A DNA stretch of 64,000 nucleotides from Lama guanicoe. Taxonomy: Eukaryota. The DNA is taken from NCBI GenBank assembly GCA_013239625.1, contig MU056000.1:9869175-9933174 (forward strand), written 5' to 3'. Every line of letters begins with the position of its first letter. Position 1 is the first letter of the stretch. Shown one piece after another: positions 1 through 11,485 of the stretch. Under the pieces are notes generated by a model. It saw only the letters and a program-made list of their open reading frames with translations, had not been told where the DNA came from and searched no databases. The translations under genes were made by a program, and so were the position numbers.

Positions 1-372
1 ATACATGAACAATTTTTCATTTAACATTTTTCCTCTCAATTTAAGATATAATTCATGATTGAATATATTTTGAGGTTAGAAAATTCTGAATTTTAAACTA
101 TTCCAAGAAGTTAAGAAATGTCCCCAAATATTATAAAAATTAAAATTAACATAATAACATATGATTTTTATCTTAAATAAATAATGTAATTTCTGGATAA
201 AGTTGTTTTAAACTATTTTCATCTTCCTCAGTAACAGATTATCTTAAAGAAGAACTTGTTTCAGTTTCTTCCTCATGGTTAGTTTACTTAACATCCCAAG
301 GGATATGAGCGCTAATTGACAGTTACACAAGCTCTGCTGTTTGCACAGCTGGTTTAAAAGAAGTTTGTAGTT

Positions 373-530
373 GGGGGAGGGTATAGCTCATGTGGTAGAG
401 CACTTGCTTAGCATGCATGAGGTCCTGGGTTCAATCCCCAGTACCTCCTCTAAAATAAATAAACCTAGTTACCTTCCCCCTCAAAATAAAATAATTAAGT
501 AACAAATAAAACATAAAGCTAAAAAAAAAA
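373..530 (+). mobile_element. Camelid-type tRNA-derived SINE (Vic-1-like)
   Basis: GGGGAGGGTATAGCTCA..GGTAGAG A-box, GGTTCAATCCC B-box, A-rich tail. Confidence 0.85.
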
Positions 531-995
531 GAAGATATTTGTAGGACTATCATTAGCAACTTGGATGTCCTATGCTCCTTAATATTACAAAATATAAATG
601 AAAACCATGAGATATACAGCAAAAAAATCACAGCATGTTAGCAAAACAGGATGCATATTGAGTCAAAATACAAAAATATCTCTCAAATGTTAGGGAATAT
701 TCATTGTGATGATGACAAGTTTCTCTTTACATTGTGAAACAAAAATCCGTCTTGTCCCCCAGTCCATCACCCCCATTACACTGGACAGTGATGCAGCCAC
801 AACAGTCGCCAATATATTACTTACAATGATGATACTAAAATACCTGAATCTTTATATTTTATAAACTTAAAATTGGCCCACAAATTAATATTCTGATCTA
901 ATCTGATTTGAGAATTGTATGGAGGGAAAATACATCTTAGCTCAATAAGTGTTGATTGACAATGACTAGTTAGAAAGGACTAAAACAGCACTTAC

Positions 996-1083
996 CTTGA
1001 GGTTCATTTTCTCCCATCTCAACATCAGAATCACTGTCTTCATTATTCTGCAAAGCAGCCACCTTCCTTTCATGCATCTTTTT
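996..1083 (-). CDS. DNAH5: DNAH5 exon 21 (88 nt, [29 protein letters not shown])
   Basis: gcattgtag| acceptor, AAG|GTAAGT donor. Confidence 0.95.
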
Positions 1084-1171
1084 CTACAATGCAAAAGGAT
1101 ATTTTTCATCTGCATCCGATCTATAAAAGCAGCAGCTTCCACATGAAATGATTCCTTCATCCCACACCCAC

Positions 1172-1362
1172 CTTGGACAACAGCTCACTGCTCCACTGTC
1201 TAACCCCCTTGGTGACAGTGACGATGCACTCCACGGCTTTGTTCAGCGTCTGCTGTATGTCTTCCAGGGTGGGGGCCATGGCGATGTTGGGAATGGTCAG
1301 GGTGATGCTTGCCCGGAAAATGGGCAGACAGTTCTGCTTCGTTTTAGAGGCACTGTTACTGT
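1172..1362 (-). CDS. DNAH5: DNAH5 exon 20 (191 nt, [19 protein letters not shown]...QWSSELLSK)
   Basis: aactcag| acceptor, AAG|GTGGGT donor; ORF 1157..1582. Confidence 0.95.
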
Positions 1363-2669
1363 CTGAGTTAACACAAAATAGGGAAGATTTAATTTTTTTA
1401 TTTAAAATGGGATTTATTTCGTTTTTAATCAGAAAAGTTAAAGCATCTAGAACAATACATAATAGGTATATCATTGGACAATATGTATTTGTTGAATGGA
1501 TGAATGAAATGAATGAATAGAAACTAATGGAGTATCTAGTTTTACTCAATATAACAGAACAGTTCAGGGAAACCCAAGCCATTTTCTGCTGATTACCATC
1601 TACAGGTACACTCTCCAGAAAAGAAACGCACTGTGCAAAGCCAGGCCTAAATATATATACTCTTATCTAAAATATTGAAGATGACACCATCCAAATAACA
1701 GGATACCAACAAATCAAATGTAGAATGAAGAACATGGACAACCGTCAGAACAAGCGTAAGTCAGAACAAATAGCCAGTTTGGAATTTCAAATAACACATG
1801 TCTTTCCTACCACTGTGAGTATATCCAAACTGGGGGCAGTTAGAGTGGAGAAGAAATAAAGTGTGATTCACCATTTACATCTAAGAGGCTTTTAAAGTTG
1901 GATATAGGTACAAATATAGACATATAAACGTGGCTATCTGTGTGTTTAACTATACATATATAGCTGGAGATACTTGTAATATAAAAAGTTGGGAAAGACA
2001 CGTAACGATATTCAGCATATCAACCAACAGTTGCTAAGTTCTAATATGATCCCTAAGTCAAAGGACTACCCTCCATTCCGAAGTGAAAGGAAACATAATA
2101 AACTATGCCATCGAACAAAAAATTATCTTAATGTTTCCACTTCTATTCATCCACTTTTAATTAAATATTAGAGACACTTTCCCTAAAACGCCAATATTCA
2201 AAATAAATAAAAAGGTTTTATTGCCCTATTATTTTTTCAATTTTAATTATTTACCATTACTTTTTTTATATTTTTAATTTAAAATTTAATTTCACCATGT
2301 CTCTAGGTTTGATGGATTTCTGTGGCCCACCTGGGAAACACAACACCTATTTCTGAAGGATGCTGAGGGAAAGATGATTGTATTGAGAATGAGGAAACCA
2401 GCCGGCAAGTACTAAACTGACACGAAAATAGTTTAAAAAAAAAATACTCCTTTGGAGTTCACAGCATTAATAAGATGCTTCTCATTTTATAAGACTGGCG
2501 AATAATCTAATAATTTAACAATGAAATTATCTTTCTATATATCTTCTTTTTAAAGTATGTCTGTTTTCTTTTACTAATTAAAATAATTCATTTCACATGT
2601 TTTCACCTTATTACAAAAAGATTAAATGGGATGCCAACTATTATGTTGTTAGCAAAAGCTAATCGATTT

Positions 2670-2812
2670 TAAGCAAATTACTTAACCTCCCTGGACTCCA
2701 GCCTTCTCCGTTTTAAATGAGAGTAATGATAGTATCTACTTTGTAGAATTGTTGGGATAACTTGAGTTCATAATATATAAACTTACAAGGAGGCACTCAA
2801 TAAATGGTGAGG
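2670..2812 (+). mobile_element. MIR SINE
   Basis: GCAAATTACTTAACCTCCCTGGACTCCAG...GGCACTCAATAAATGGT. Confidence 0.7.
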
Positions 2813-2943
2813 TTTTTAATTGTGTAAATTTAACAGGAACACATGCGTACACGCACACACAGATACACACACGCACGCAGATACCACACACAACCAGCAA
2901 CCACGCCTGGCCAGCCAGGAGGCAAACTGTGTGGAATCATCAC

Positions 2944-3183
2944 CCAGGAAGTTCATCGTGTTGGAGGCATGAACTCGCTTGCGAATGGCCTCTAGCGTAT
3001 TCCTTGTAACTTTCAGAAGCGCTTCCGTGTTTTGGTGATTGAAATGAGAGAGCAACTCGAGGGCTCCTTCCTGCAACACCTCAGTCTCTCTCTTCTTCCT
3101 CATGATTGTTGTCAAAGGGAGGGGGCCTGCCCCGGCATTAAGGGACGATGTCAAGGAGTCCGAATTTCCTTCTTCTCTTTTTG
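2944..3183 (-). CDS. DNAH5: DNAH5 exon 19 (240 nt, [10 protein letters not shown]...[17 protein letters not shown])
   Basis: ttgtaacag| acceptor, TGG|GTGATG donor; ORF 2816..3271. Confidence 0.92.
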
Positions 3184-3915
3184 CTGTTACAAAATGAGAG
3201 AAATTGAAAGAGATGAGGTGGGAGGGGTGGAGGATAGCGGGGAGGAGATTAAGAGAGAGTGAGAGAACCATCTATTGCAATTAAAGAAAATTTAGATAAA
3301 TTACATGCAAGTTTAATAACACTTAAACGTCACACTTCTTATGAAATGACGCTGTCAAAGAGGATATTGGGGCCCCAGGTGGACTGCTGGAGGCCTCTCC
3401 TCCTTGGTGTGAGGAAACAGGAGGAGAGGCAGAAGCTATGGCTGCAAAAGCAAGACAGGGCCTGGGAGCCTGGGTGCTGGTTCTCTGGATTCCCTCTTCC
3501 ACCAATAACCATAAAACCTTGGGGGAATAGCTCCCCTTGTCTGCCTCTCAGTGTCTTCATCTGTCCTGCAAACCATTTGCTCTGGTGTAGAAATACTCCA
3601 GTGGGAATTCCAATCCAGAAACCATCCTGCTTTACTGATAAAGTGAAAAGACATACACTTGTACATAAATGCAAAGAGAGCTAACCAGGGCCAATGCAAA
3701 GTATTTCTAGGGTTTAACAAAAAAAAAAATAATGGGAATTAATGACACGGAGCCATTAAAATGTGCTCTGAATCATAATATCAGATTTAGAAACGTCCTT
3801 ATAAAATTGGGAAGGTGTTTGTAGAAGTGTGAAATACACTGCTTTGTAGAAAATTAATTTTAGTTTTCAGTAATGTCCTAGAAAAACAAGACCCTTCCAT
3901 TACCCCGTGTCTTAC

Positions 3916-4081
3916 CTAAATTTTCATTTTTTGAATCTGCACTCTTGACATTGGGTACTTTTTCATTTTCTTCCTTAGATGGAACTTCCATCTCCAGCAA
4001 CATATTTATGAGCTCATTGACTGCTTCCTCTACTAATGAGCTTTTAAAGTGTAGTATCTGAGCACCATTTACACAAAGGTC
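3916..4081 (-). CDS. DNAH5: DNAH5 exon 18 (166 nt, [29 protein letters not shown]...SKNENL)
   Basis: ttttgtag| acceptor, TAG|GTAAGA donor; not in the ORF track. Confidence 0.95.
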
Positions 4082-4119
4082 CTACAAAAAAAAAAATTAG
4101 CACATGTCATGTTTGTTTA

Positions 4120-4340
4120 TCCAGCTCTTGAGAGCACATCAGTAACGATACTAAGCTATAGGTTCAGCCGCCAGATGAGATGTTGGCCTCCAATGATGCC
4201 TGGCCACACCTCTCACACTAACCCAGGCCAGGCATCCTGTGAATGAATGTGTTGAAGACAAGAGAACCAACCAGAGCAGTGTAGTTGGACCAGAATCACA
4301 CCTACTTCTGCAGCAGTGGAAAATATAACTCTAAAAGCCA
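4120..4340 (+). mobile_element. Ancient SINE, MamSINE1-like
   Basis: Resembles the recalled consensus (CTAACCCAGGCCAG...GGAAAATATAACTCTAAAAGC); highly diverged. Confidence 0.5.
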
Positions 4341-5249
4341 TGAACAGCCTTTCTTCCCATGAAGTTTTCTTCATTTCACAGCCTTCCTGCCCTCCTCACC
4401 TTTGCCAATGATCCCAATTAGTCAACTCCTAATTAATTTTAGATAGTCCCCTCGTCTCCAAATAGATTACACATTTCTAAGGTGTTGGGCACTTTAATCA
4501 AGACAGAGATGAGAATAGATGATGTAAACAGTGATTTACCACCTAGTTGGAAAATAAGCCCATGAAGCAACAGGCTCTGAGCTGGTCATAGTCTCCAGCT
4601 CCATTGCAAGCTCCACCATCATTCATCTTGAGACTCTCCAACAGGCTCATGGACCATCCACTCCAAACTCCAGCTTCACACTTCCTTTACCTCCTCATCA
4701 CCCATGACATCCACCTCCAGTCCACTGCTACAGGGCATATGGCATTTTGATGCCATTAAAGTAGTAAGATTCTGATGTGTCCTGAAACTATCTAAACCTC
4801 TTTATCATCAAATAAAGTATAAAATAACAACTTTGTTCCCAACCCAGAACTTCACCCAACTACTAATCTCCAACCCCAGCCTAAGACAAAGGCTATATGT
4901 CCTAAAGACAGCTATGAAAAAGACCCAGGTCGGAGACCGGGTAAGGGATGGGATATTACAAAGCGAATGGAGGCCCCTGCGTGGCCCTGACTCCACACTC
5001 TCATCCAAAAGACAAATCAGTCTCCCTCATTAACTCTTTTTCTTCCTTGTTCAGTGAATGCAATGTTTCTCCTTCTATTTAAAAATACACAGTCACAGAA
5101 TCTGAGTTTTAAGTCACAGACTCTCCTGCTTCCCCAGAGACTATACTAACCACCCATTCACTTTCTCCTTCTCTACTTGATTTTCCCCCTCAGCATATGA
5201 ACATACCCAATGAACCTCAACTCAACATCTTTCTATCAGAACAACAGGC

Positions 5250-5620
5250 TTCTGCCTCAGGGCCTTTGCACTTGCTATTCCCTCTGCCTGGAATGCTTTT
5301 CTCCAAAGATATTCACAAGGCTGGCTCCCTCACTTCCTGTGTTCAGATGTAATCACAGAAGTCCTCCCTCACCATCATCATAAAATCACAACCCTCTCTC
5401 AGGTACTCCTTTTGTCCACAACCTCTTAATTTTTCTCCATTGAACTTATCACCTGACATGTTGGTTTATTGGCTATTTTGTTTGCCTGTTTTTCTGTATC
5501 CTCCACTTGAAAGTGGGCATCGTAATGGCAAGGATCTCATCTGTTTTGTTCTCTGTTGTATCCTAAGCAGTGGTTTGCATAGAAGCACCACAAAAATGAA
5601 TGAAGGAATAAGTGAATTAT
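5250..5620 (+). mobile_element. L2 3' fragment
   Basis: CTCAGGGCCTTTGCACTTGCTATTCCCTCTGCCTGGAATGC and (AATG)n-like tail. Confidence 0.75.
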
Positions 5621-5854
5621 AAGAACTAAATTCAAGGGAAAGTTTCTGTTATATTGATAATCATTCACTTTAGTAATCAAAATGCAAATTAAAATTAGGC
5701 TCTATGATTTTGCTACTTAAACTAAAATTAATAAATTATAATTATTTATTATAATAAATGTATTATTATACTTAATTATAAGAAATGTACTGCTCTTTTA
5801 TGTAACTTATTATAATAAAAAATTTATTATAATTTATTATAACTATAATAAAAC

Positions 5855-6200
5855 AGTGTTTGCTGGAAGAGAGTGAAATTGGTATTATTGCACTGCTGAT
5901 GGCATTGCAAGTTGACACCATCATTTTGAAAAGTGATTTGGCTACAAACATTAAGAGCCATTAAATGAAGACACAACCTCTGAGACAATAATCCTATTTT
6001 GGAGGAGGAAATACTCCTAAAGGGGAAGAAAGCATGAAATATATAAATATATTCATTGCAGCCCTCAGCAAAATAGCGAAACTTTGGAAACCATTTAACT
6101 GTCCAACAACAAGGAAGTAGTAATTAAGGTATAACAACTCAATGGACTATTCTGAAGGCATCATTAAAATGGGGACTATGAAAGCCATGTAGCAACATGA
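5855..6200 (+). mobile_element. Old L1 (L1ME-like) 3' fragment
   Basis: CACTGCTGATGGCATTGCAAGTTG...ATATTCATTGCAGC...TGTCCAACAACAAGG. Confidence 0.6.
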
Positions 6201-6678
6201 AAAATAGTTTGTGAAGAAACGGTAGGTGGGAGGAAAAAAACACTATTCAAAATCTGCTGTATGTATGGTAGGGATCACAAATTTATTAAGTATAATTTGC
6301 CTATAAGTAGGCAATACACCAAAATTATGATAAAATGGTATAAAAAGGCAGTACACCAAAATTATAACAATGGTGGCATAATCGGTAAAAATGCTATCTT
6401 TTCCTATTTTTTTAAATATTCTAAAACTTGCTTTTAAATTTAAAAGAAATGAATTTTATAAGATAATAATTAAAATAGGGATAATTAATATTAAAAATCG
6501 TGAAGCCCAGTGATTTCTCGGCTGGGGGCACATTAAAAAACGCACAGGAGAGACAAGATGGGGTTTGGGGTCTACCAACAGTTAATGAGTCTGAGAGAAG
6601 GAAGAACCGGAAATTTCTAAAGTGCAGACATTTAATTTTGATTATATAATAATTTAATATAAGCTAAGTATGACCACA

Positions 6679-7203
6679 TATGCAGAAAAAGGCTAACATG
6701 GCAGGTCTGAGATCGCTGGCCTGCTGGTGAGGCTGGTCTTTGGCGGGTGTCTGGGAGCCTAGATTTCGGGAAGGTTGTAAAGAGTAACTCTTTCTCTATG
6801 CCTGGACTGCCTGTGCAAACAGTGTGGTTTATGCCAAAAACCTGCTCTCCTTCTGGGTGTCTGGAATTTTAGTCCACGCTAGGCAGAGGGTGCCTGTGTG
6901 ATGAGACCGAATAAAAACCTTGGGCATTAAGTCTCTAACAGGCTTTCCTGGGCACAAATGTTGCAGACCTGTCGCTATATTCTTGTTGCTGAGGGTGAGG
7001 GGACAGTGAGCTCTGTGTGGCCCCCCATGGCAGGGAGAATGCATAAGGAAGCCCACTCATGCATTCCTGCAAACTCTGCCGGTCTCTTCCCTCATGGCCT
7101 GACTGTGTATTCTTCCTACGTAGCTGTGACAGATCTTAGCCTTTAGTGGTTCTAAGTTCCATGAGTCCTTCTGGTGGGGCTGGTCTTGAGGACTCCTGAC
7201 ATA
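6679..7203 (+). mobile_element. Solo LTR, MER68-like (ERVL)
   Basis: Starts TATGCAGAAAAAGGCTAACATGGCAGG, internal AATAAAAACCTTGGGC, ends GGTCTTGAGGACTCCTGACATA; flanks CCACA/CCATA resemble a 5-bp TSD. Confidence 0.75.
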
Positions 7204-7279
7204 CCATATTAAAATCACCACTGATGAGTTTTTGTAATCGAGATGCCCAATGGAAATGTTGCAAATGATGCTGAAGTGA

Positions 7280-7582
7280 CGTTGCCAAAGGGTCACTTCA
7301 TGGAGCACTGCCCCCGGGATCCTAGTCCTGGCACAGGGAAGAAAGTGTTCCGTTTGCTAATGTTTGAGAAATAACAGATTAAAGAAATAATACATTAAAT
7401 AGATACTTTCTCAGGAGAACTTCTGAACGTCTTTATTTTAATATGTTAATGTGAAAAGACTCTGGAAGGGAAAAAGAGGGTAGTCTTTACCAGATTGAAC
7501 ACAGACCCCACCTTTCCCAGCTTTCCCAGCAACGGCTCCAGAACTGCGTCTGTGCCTCAGAACACCAGTCTGGGAACCACTG
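7280..7582 (-). mobile_element. hAT-Charlie MITE, MER112-like
   Basis: Reverse orientation of the core AGAAGT(T)C..TTAATATG and GGGAACCACTG end; diverged. Confidence 0.5.
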
Positions 7583-7963
7583 TAGAAATGCTCAAAGAAG
7601 AAATTCTGTCCAGAGGCTGTTTAAAACAATTATTTTATTAATTAACCCTAACCTACTAGAAGCTCTTCAGCAAAATAGCTCTATTCTTCAAAACTATGAA
7701 AATAATGAGAACTGTGTTCCATGGCAATTTCCCTCCTACTGATATGAAAAGAAATGATTTGTTCTCTGTGTCTGAGTAAATCCTCAGATATATTCCTCTT
7801 CATTTCCAAATTATTGTCAGAAGGCTCCTCGTTTGAATCACATCTATCACACACCAGTCATGGGTAGAGAATAAAATGTAATTTATGCTTCCAAATAATG
7901 GCTTTATAGAAAAATAAATCCCCCCCAAATTTTGTTAAATAAAAGCATCAATCATCTAATAAC

Positions 7964-8109
7964 CTTTGTCATCTGGAGAAACTCTTCGCAGGTAAGTGGC
8001 TCCTCCTGGGGGAGCTGACAAAGAGGCGTGCTACCCATTTCTTCTAGGATGGCGTCAATGCGGAACTCGATCAAATCATTGACCCTGTCGAGCAGCAATT
8101 CCAGGTCCT
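7964..8109 (-). CDS. DNAH5: DNAH5 exon 17 (146 nt, [18 protein letters not shown]...EEFLQMTK)
   Basis: ccctaaag| acceptor (frame requires this AG), AAG|GTTATT donor; ORF 7952..8164. Confidence 0.94.
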
Positions 8110-9037
8110 CTTTAGGGAAAAAAAAAGGGGAGGGGGGATTAAGCATTTTTTTTTTAATCAACATGATTAAACTTCAGTAGGAAAATCAGGATTTAAGTTG
8201 CTCCACAGAGCTGTTTCACACTTGGTTTTCTCACACTGTTCCTTCTTTAACCAGTCTCCTAACTTTCTCAGCCTGGCTAACTCTTGACTTGAGATTGAAC
8301 TTGAAGTTTGAGCTCAAACCCATCTCCTCCAGGAGGCTTTCTGTGCACCTGCACATACTGGAGTGCCCTCCTCCTGTACCGGCACCGATCCCGAGCACCC
8401 CTCCATCTCTGTGTACACCAGGTTGTCTACTCGTGTCTTAGCTTCCTCGGGAATATCACCTTTTTCATCCTTGCATCTTCAACACTTAGCCCAGCGCCTA
8501 TTCCACAGGAGGTATTCAGCAGATATTACTGAAGTCAAATTCCCCCAATTTTTTTTTAACTGTTACTATCACAAGGTATATTTTTTTTAAGTTGTGCCGA
8601 AGTAATATTGAACACTAGTTTCCATGGACAGGAAGAGTAATTCCAGAAGAAATTAACAATTTACATCAAAAGTAGGAATGATGGTTAATGTATCTCCATT
8701 TAAGGGGTAAATACATTTTTCAACAAATATCATATGGTAAATTTTCTTTTTTTCTGATACTACTTGTTATACACATGTTACATCCTCATGATATATCAAA
8801 GATGTAAATACTTCCTTAAATAAGTACCTTTAATTCCTAAAGAGTAAACCCCTAAAAGTTTTCAAAAATGTTGAAGCTAATTATCAAAGGGGCCACTCAA
8901 GATACCAAATAGTTCTGCCTGGTAAGCTTATTCACTCCTAAAAGAGAACCAGAACTTTCATCCAAGCATATGCGCTCAAATACTATTGAGCGCTCTTTCC
9001 TATTTCTGATCGATTCTTCAAAGCAGCTTCAAGGATA

Positions 9038-9709
9038 TGTGTGATAAGCTGAATAATGGCCCTTTGAGAACGTCCACACCCTAATCCTCTGTGAATATTA
9101 CCTTACATAGCAAAGGGGACTTGGCAGTGTGCTTAAGTTCCCATCTGGAGATATGGATTCCTGGATTATCTAGGTGGGGCCAGTGTAGACAGAAGAGTCC
9201 TTATAAGAGGGAGGTCGGAGGATCAGAGTCAGACAGAAGACAGTGTGATCACAGGACACAGAGACAGAGATATAAAGGTGCTATGCTGCTGGTTTGAAGT
9301 TGGAGCAACCATGAGGCAAAGGATGTAGGCATGATGTAGGCAGCCTCTGGCATCTGGAAAGGGCAGAGAAAAGGATCCTCCCTGGAGCCTCCAGAAGGAA
9401 CTATCCAACGTTGATTTTAACTCCTTAAGATTCATTTTGGACTTTCTCACCTCCATAGCCATCTTATTTTTTTTTAATGGCTTTTTTTCCATTTCTTTTT
9501 ATTTTTATCTTAGGGGGTTTTTTAGGGGGAGGTAATTAGGTTTGTTTATTTATTTATTCTTGGAGGAGGCACTGGGGATTGAACCCAGGACCTCCTGCAT
9601 GCTAAGCTCGCATTCTACCACTTGAGCTATACTCTTCCCCCGCAGCCATCTTATTTTAAGCCACTAAGTCTGTGGTGGTTTGTTACAGCTGTAGTTGGAA
9701 ACCAAAACA
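9038..9709 (+). mobile_element. MaLR LTR (MLT1D-like) interrupted by a SINE
   Basis: GCTGAATAATGGCCC...GTGAATATTACCTTACATAGCAAAGGGGAC...TTTTAAGCCACTAAGTCTGTGGTGGTTTGTTACAGC. Confidence 0.8.
9471..9643 (-). mobile_element. Camelid-type tRNA-derived SINE with 14-bp TSD
   Basis: Reverse-complement SINE body; AGCCATCTTATTTT at 9457-9470 and 9644-9657. Confidence 0.88.
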
Positions 9710-11199
9710 ACATGTGTAGACTGTACAAAATCATGTCAAAGATGTCCTGTGTGTTGTTTTGAAGAGTAGCAAATGCTCTCTTATCTGCATGATACAAATA
9801 ACCACCTGTAAATAGAAGTGTCAGCCCACTAATCCAATAAAGAACCCAGCTGTTGCTGGGATTCAACATAGTTTGCCTCCCAAAGAAATCTAATCTTTGT
9901 TAGCCCTCAGTTTCTTCATTTAAATTACAAAAAAGAGAGAGAGAATCAGAGAACTAAAGAGTTTCTTGAGAAATGATCTGCTGTCTCCAGCTAACACTAA
10001 TAAAACATCCCAATTGTTAACACTCCAATTCTAATACTCTCCAGGGAGAATATTACTGAAGTCTGCCTTGGCAGTCAGTTCTAATTTATGTTGTGATGAC
10101 TCTTACTATGAAGTTTTTATACATTTTACCAATGCTTCCTTTCCTCTTGTTTTATTTTCTGGGGAGATGTATTTTGGAAGGAATATTGGTTTGGAGGCCA
10201 GGAAACTGTATTCTAAACTCATTCTTGTTTCTTACATCCATACATCGGAAGCCACTTAGCATCTGTGGGTCAAAGTTTTCCAGCTGTAAATTGGAGGTCT
10301 TATTTAAGATTGTTTCTACAACGTTCTCCATTCTTATAATGCTATGGGTGTCTGATCATGCATTTTATACGATTCAACCTTCAAATTGTAATGAGCCTGA
10401 AACACATCCCATTCATATCCAAAGACCCCTTTACACTTTGTCTTTGAATCTATTCTCCAAACCTATGAAGTAAAACAAAGAGAATGGAAGAGCTCAACCA
10501 CTAATTCCTCACTCCTCTACCCCACTCAACCCAGCACCCACCAAATATTCTTGAGTACACAGCACCTGGTAAAATAAAAGGCTGAACCCTTCTGAGCTCT
10601 AAGTTATTAGGAAGGTACAGTGAAAATCTGCTATTAAAACAAGCTCTTGACAATTTAGGCGGTAGACTATGTACTACTTCAGCAGCCACAAATACAAGAC
10701 GGCAAGAGAGAGAGCAAATAAAAGGAGAGATATGTAGAAGGGAGACTCAGGAAGGGGTGACCCAGAAATGAGGTGATAGAACCAAAGGGGTAGGAAAGAG
10801 GTTATGCAGGTAAAGAAATGGAAACCCATTAACTATATAAAACTATTGCAAGTATGAATCCACACATGTATGGGTGTCTAGTATGAACCCAGCTCAGAGG
10901 AAGACAAAAGTGTAAGAAACAGCTTGATTTTCAAGCCCTTTACAGTCAGTTTGGGAAGAAAGATGGAACCATGAGAAGAAATCAAAATACAGAGTCTTTA
11001 GTCCCAACGAAAAACACCAGGAGGTCACAGTGGTAAGTGGCCCCGAGTGGTAAAAGAGTCCTAGTGGGCTTCCTGGCAGTGGGACTTACTCTGGGCCTTA
11101 AACATGGGGAGCATCGGGCCAGGAAGAGACGGTGTGGACACCGTGTAGGAGAGGAGAATGGCGATTTCTAAGTCTTCCTGGAACAACCCCTCCATCACC

Positions 11200-11485
11200 G
11201 TGGTCCAACCTGTGTTCCACTGCCCGCCATGGAAGGTCTACAGGTGTTAACAGGCTCTCCTAGGAGGCAGCCAAGGGATTCTGGGAAATGTCACCTTCAA
11301 AAGCCCACTTTAGGAGACACTTTAATATGCCACTGGACAATGGCATATTAAAGGCTCTGAAAAGTCCTCCAGAAAAGAAACCTGCTGACTTTGTTTAAAC
11401 TGGATTTCCAGGCTTATCTGAGCCTAGACTCTTTCTTTGCAGCATATTTGTACACATTTGGGGAAATCGTGTTTTATGGAACACA
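11200..11485 (+). mobile_element. hAT-Charlie MITE, MER112-like
   Basis: GCATATTAAAGGCTCTGAAAAGTCCTCCAGAAAAGAAACCTG...TTTGTTTAA core. Confidence 0.65.

Noticed and set aside
373..445. tRNA genes at the SINE heads (also 59858 and 60861)
   Set aside because: A and B boxes are present, but they run into SINE bodies, A-tails and TSDs; these are retroposed SINEs
1148..1520. Plus-strand ORFs antisense to exons (also 3032-3262, 20047-20403, 33445-33781, 40770-41139)
   Set aside because: Shadow ORFs of GC-richer DNAH5 exons with no recognisable protein similarity
3259..3720. Overlapping ORFs of 94-141 aa in intron 18
   Set aside because: No recognisable domain or splice support; lengths are compatible with chance
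5720..5852. Palindromic-looking AT-rich tract
   Set aside because: Low-complexity (TTA/TAA) sequence in which short palindromes are expected
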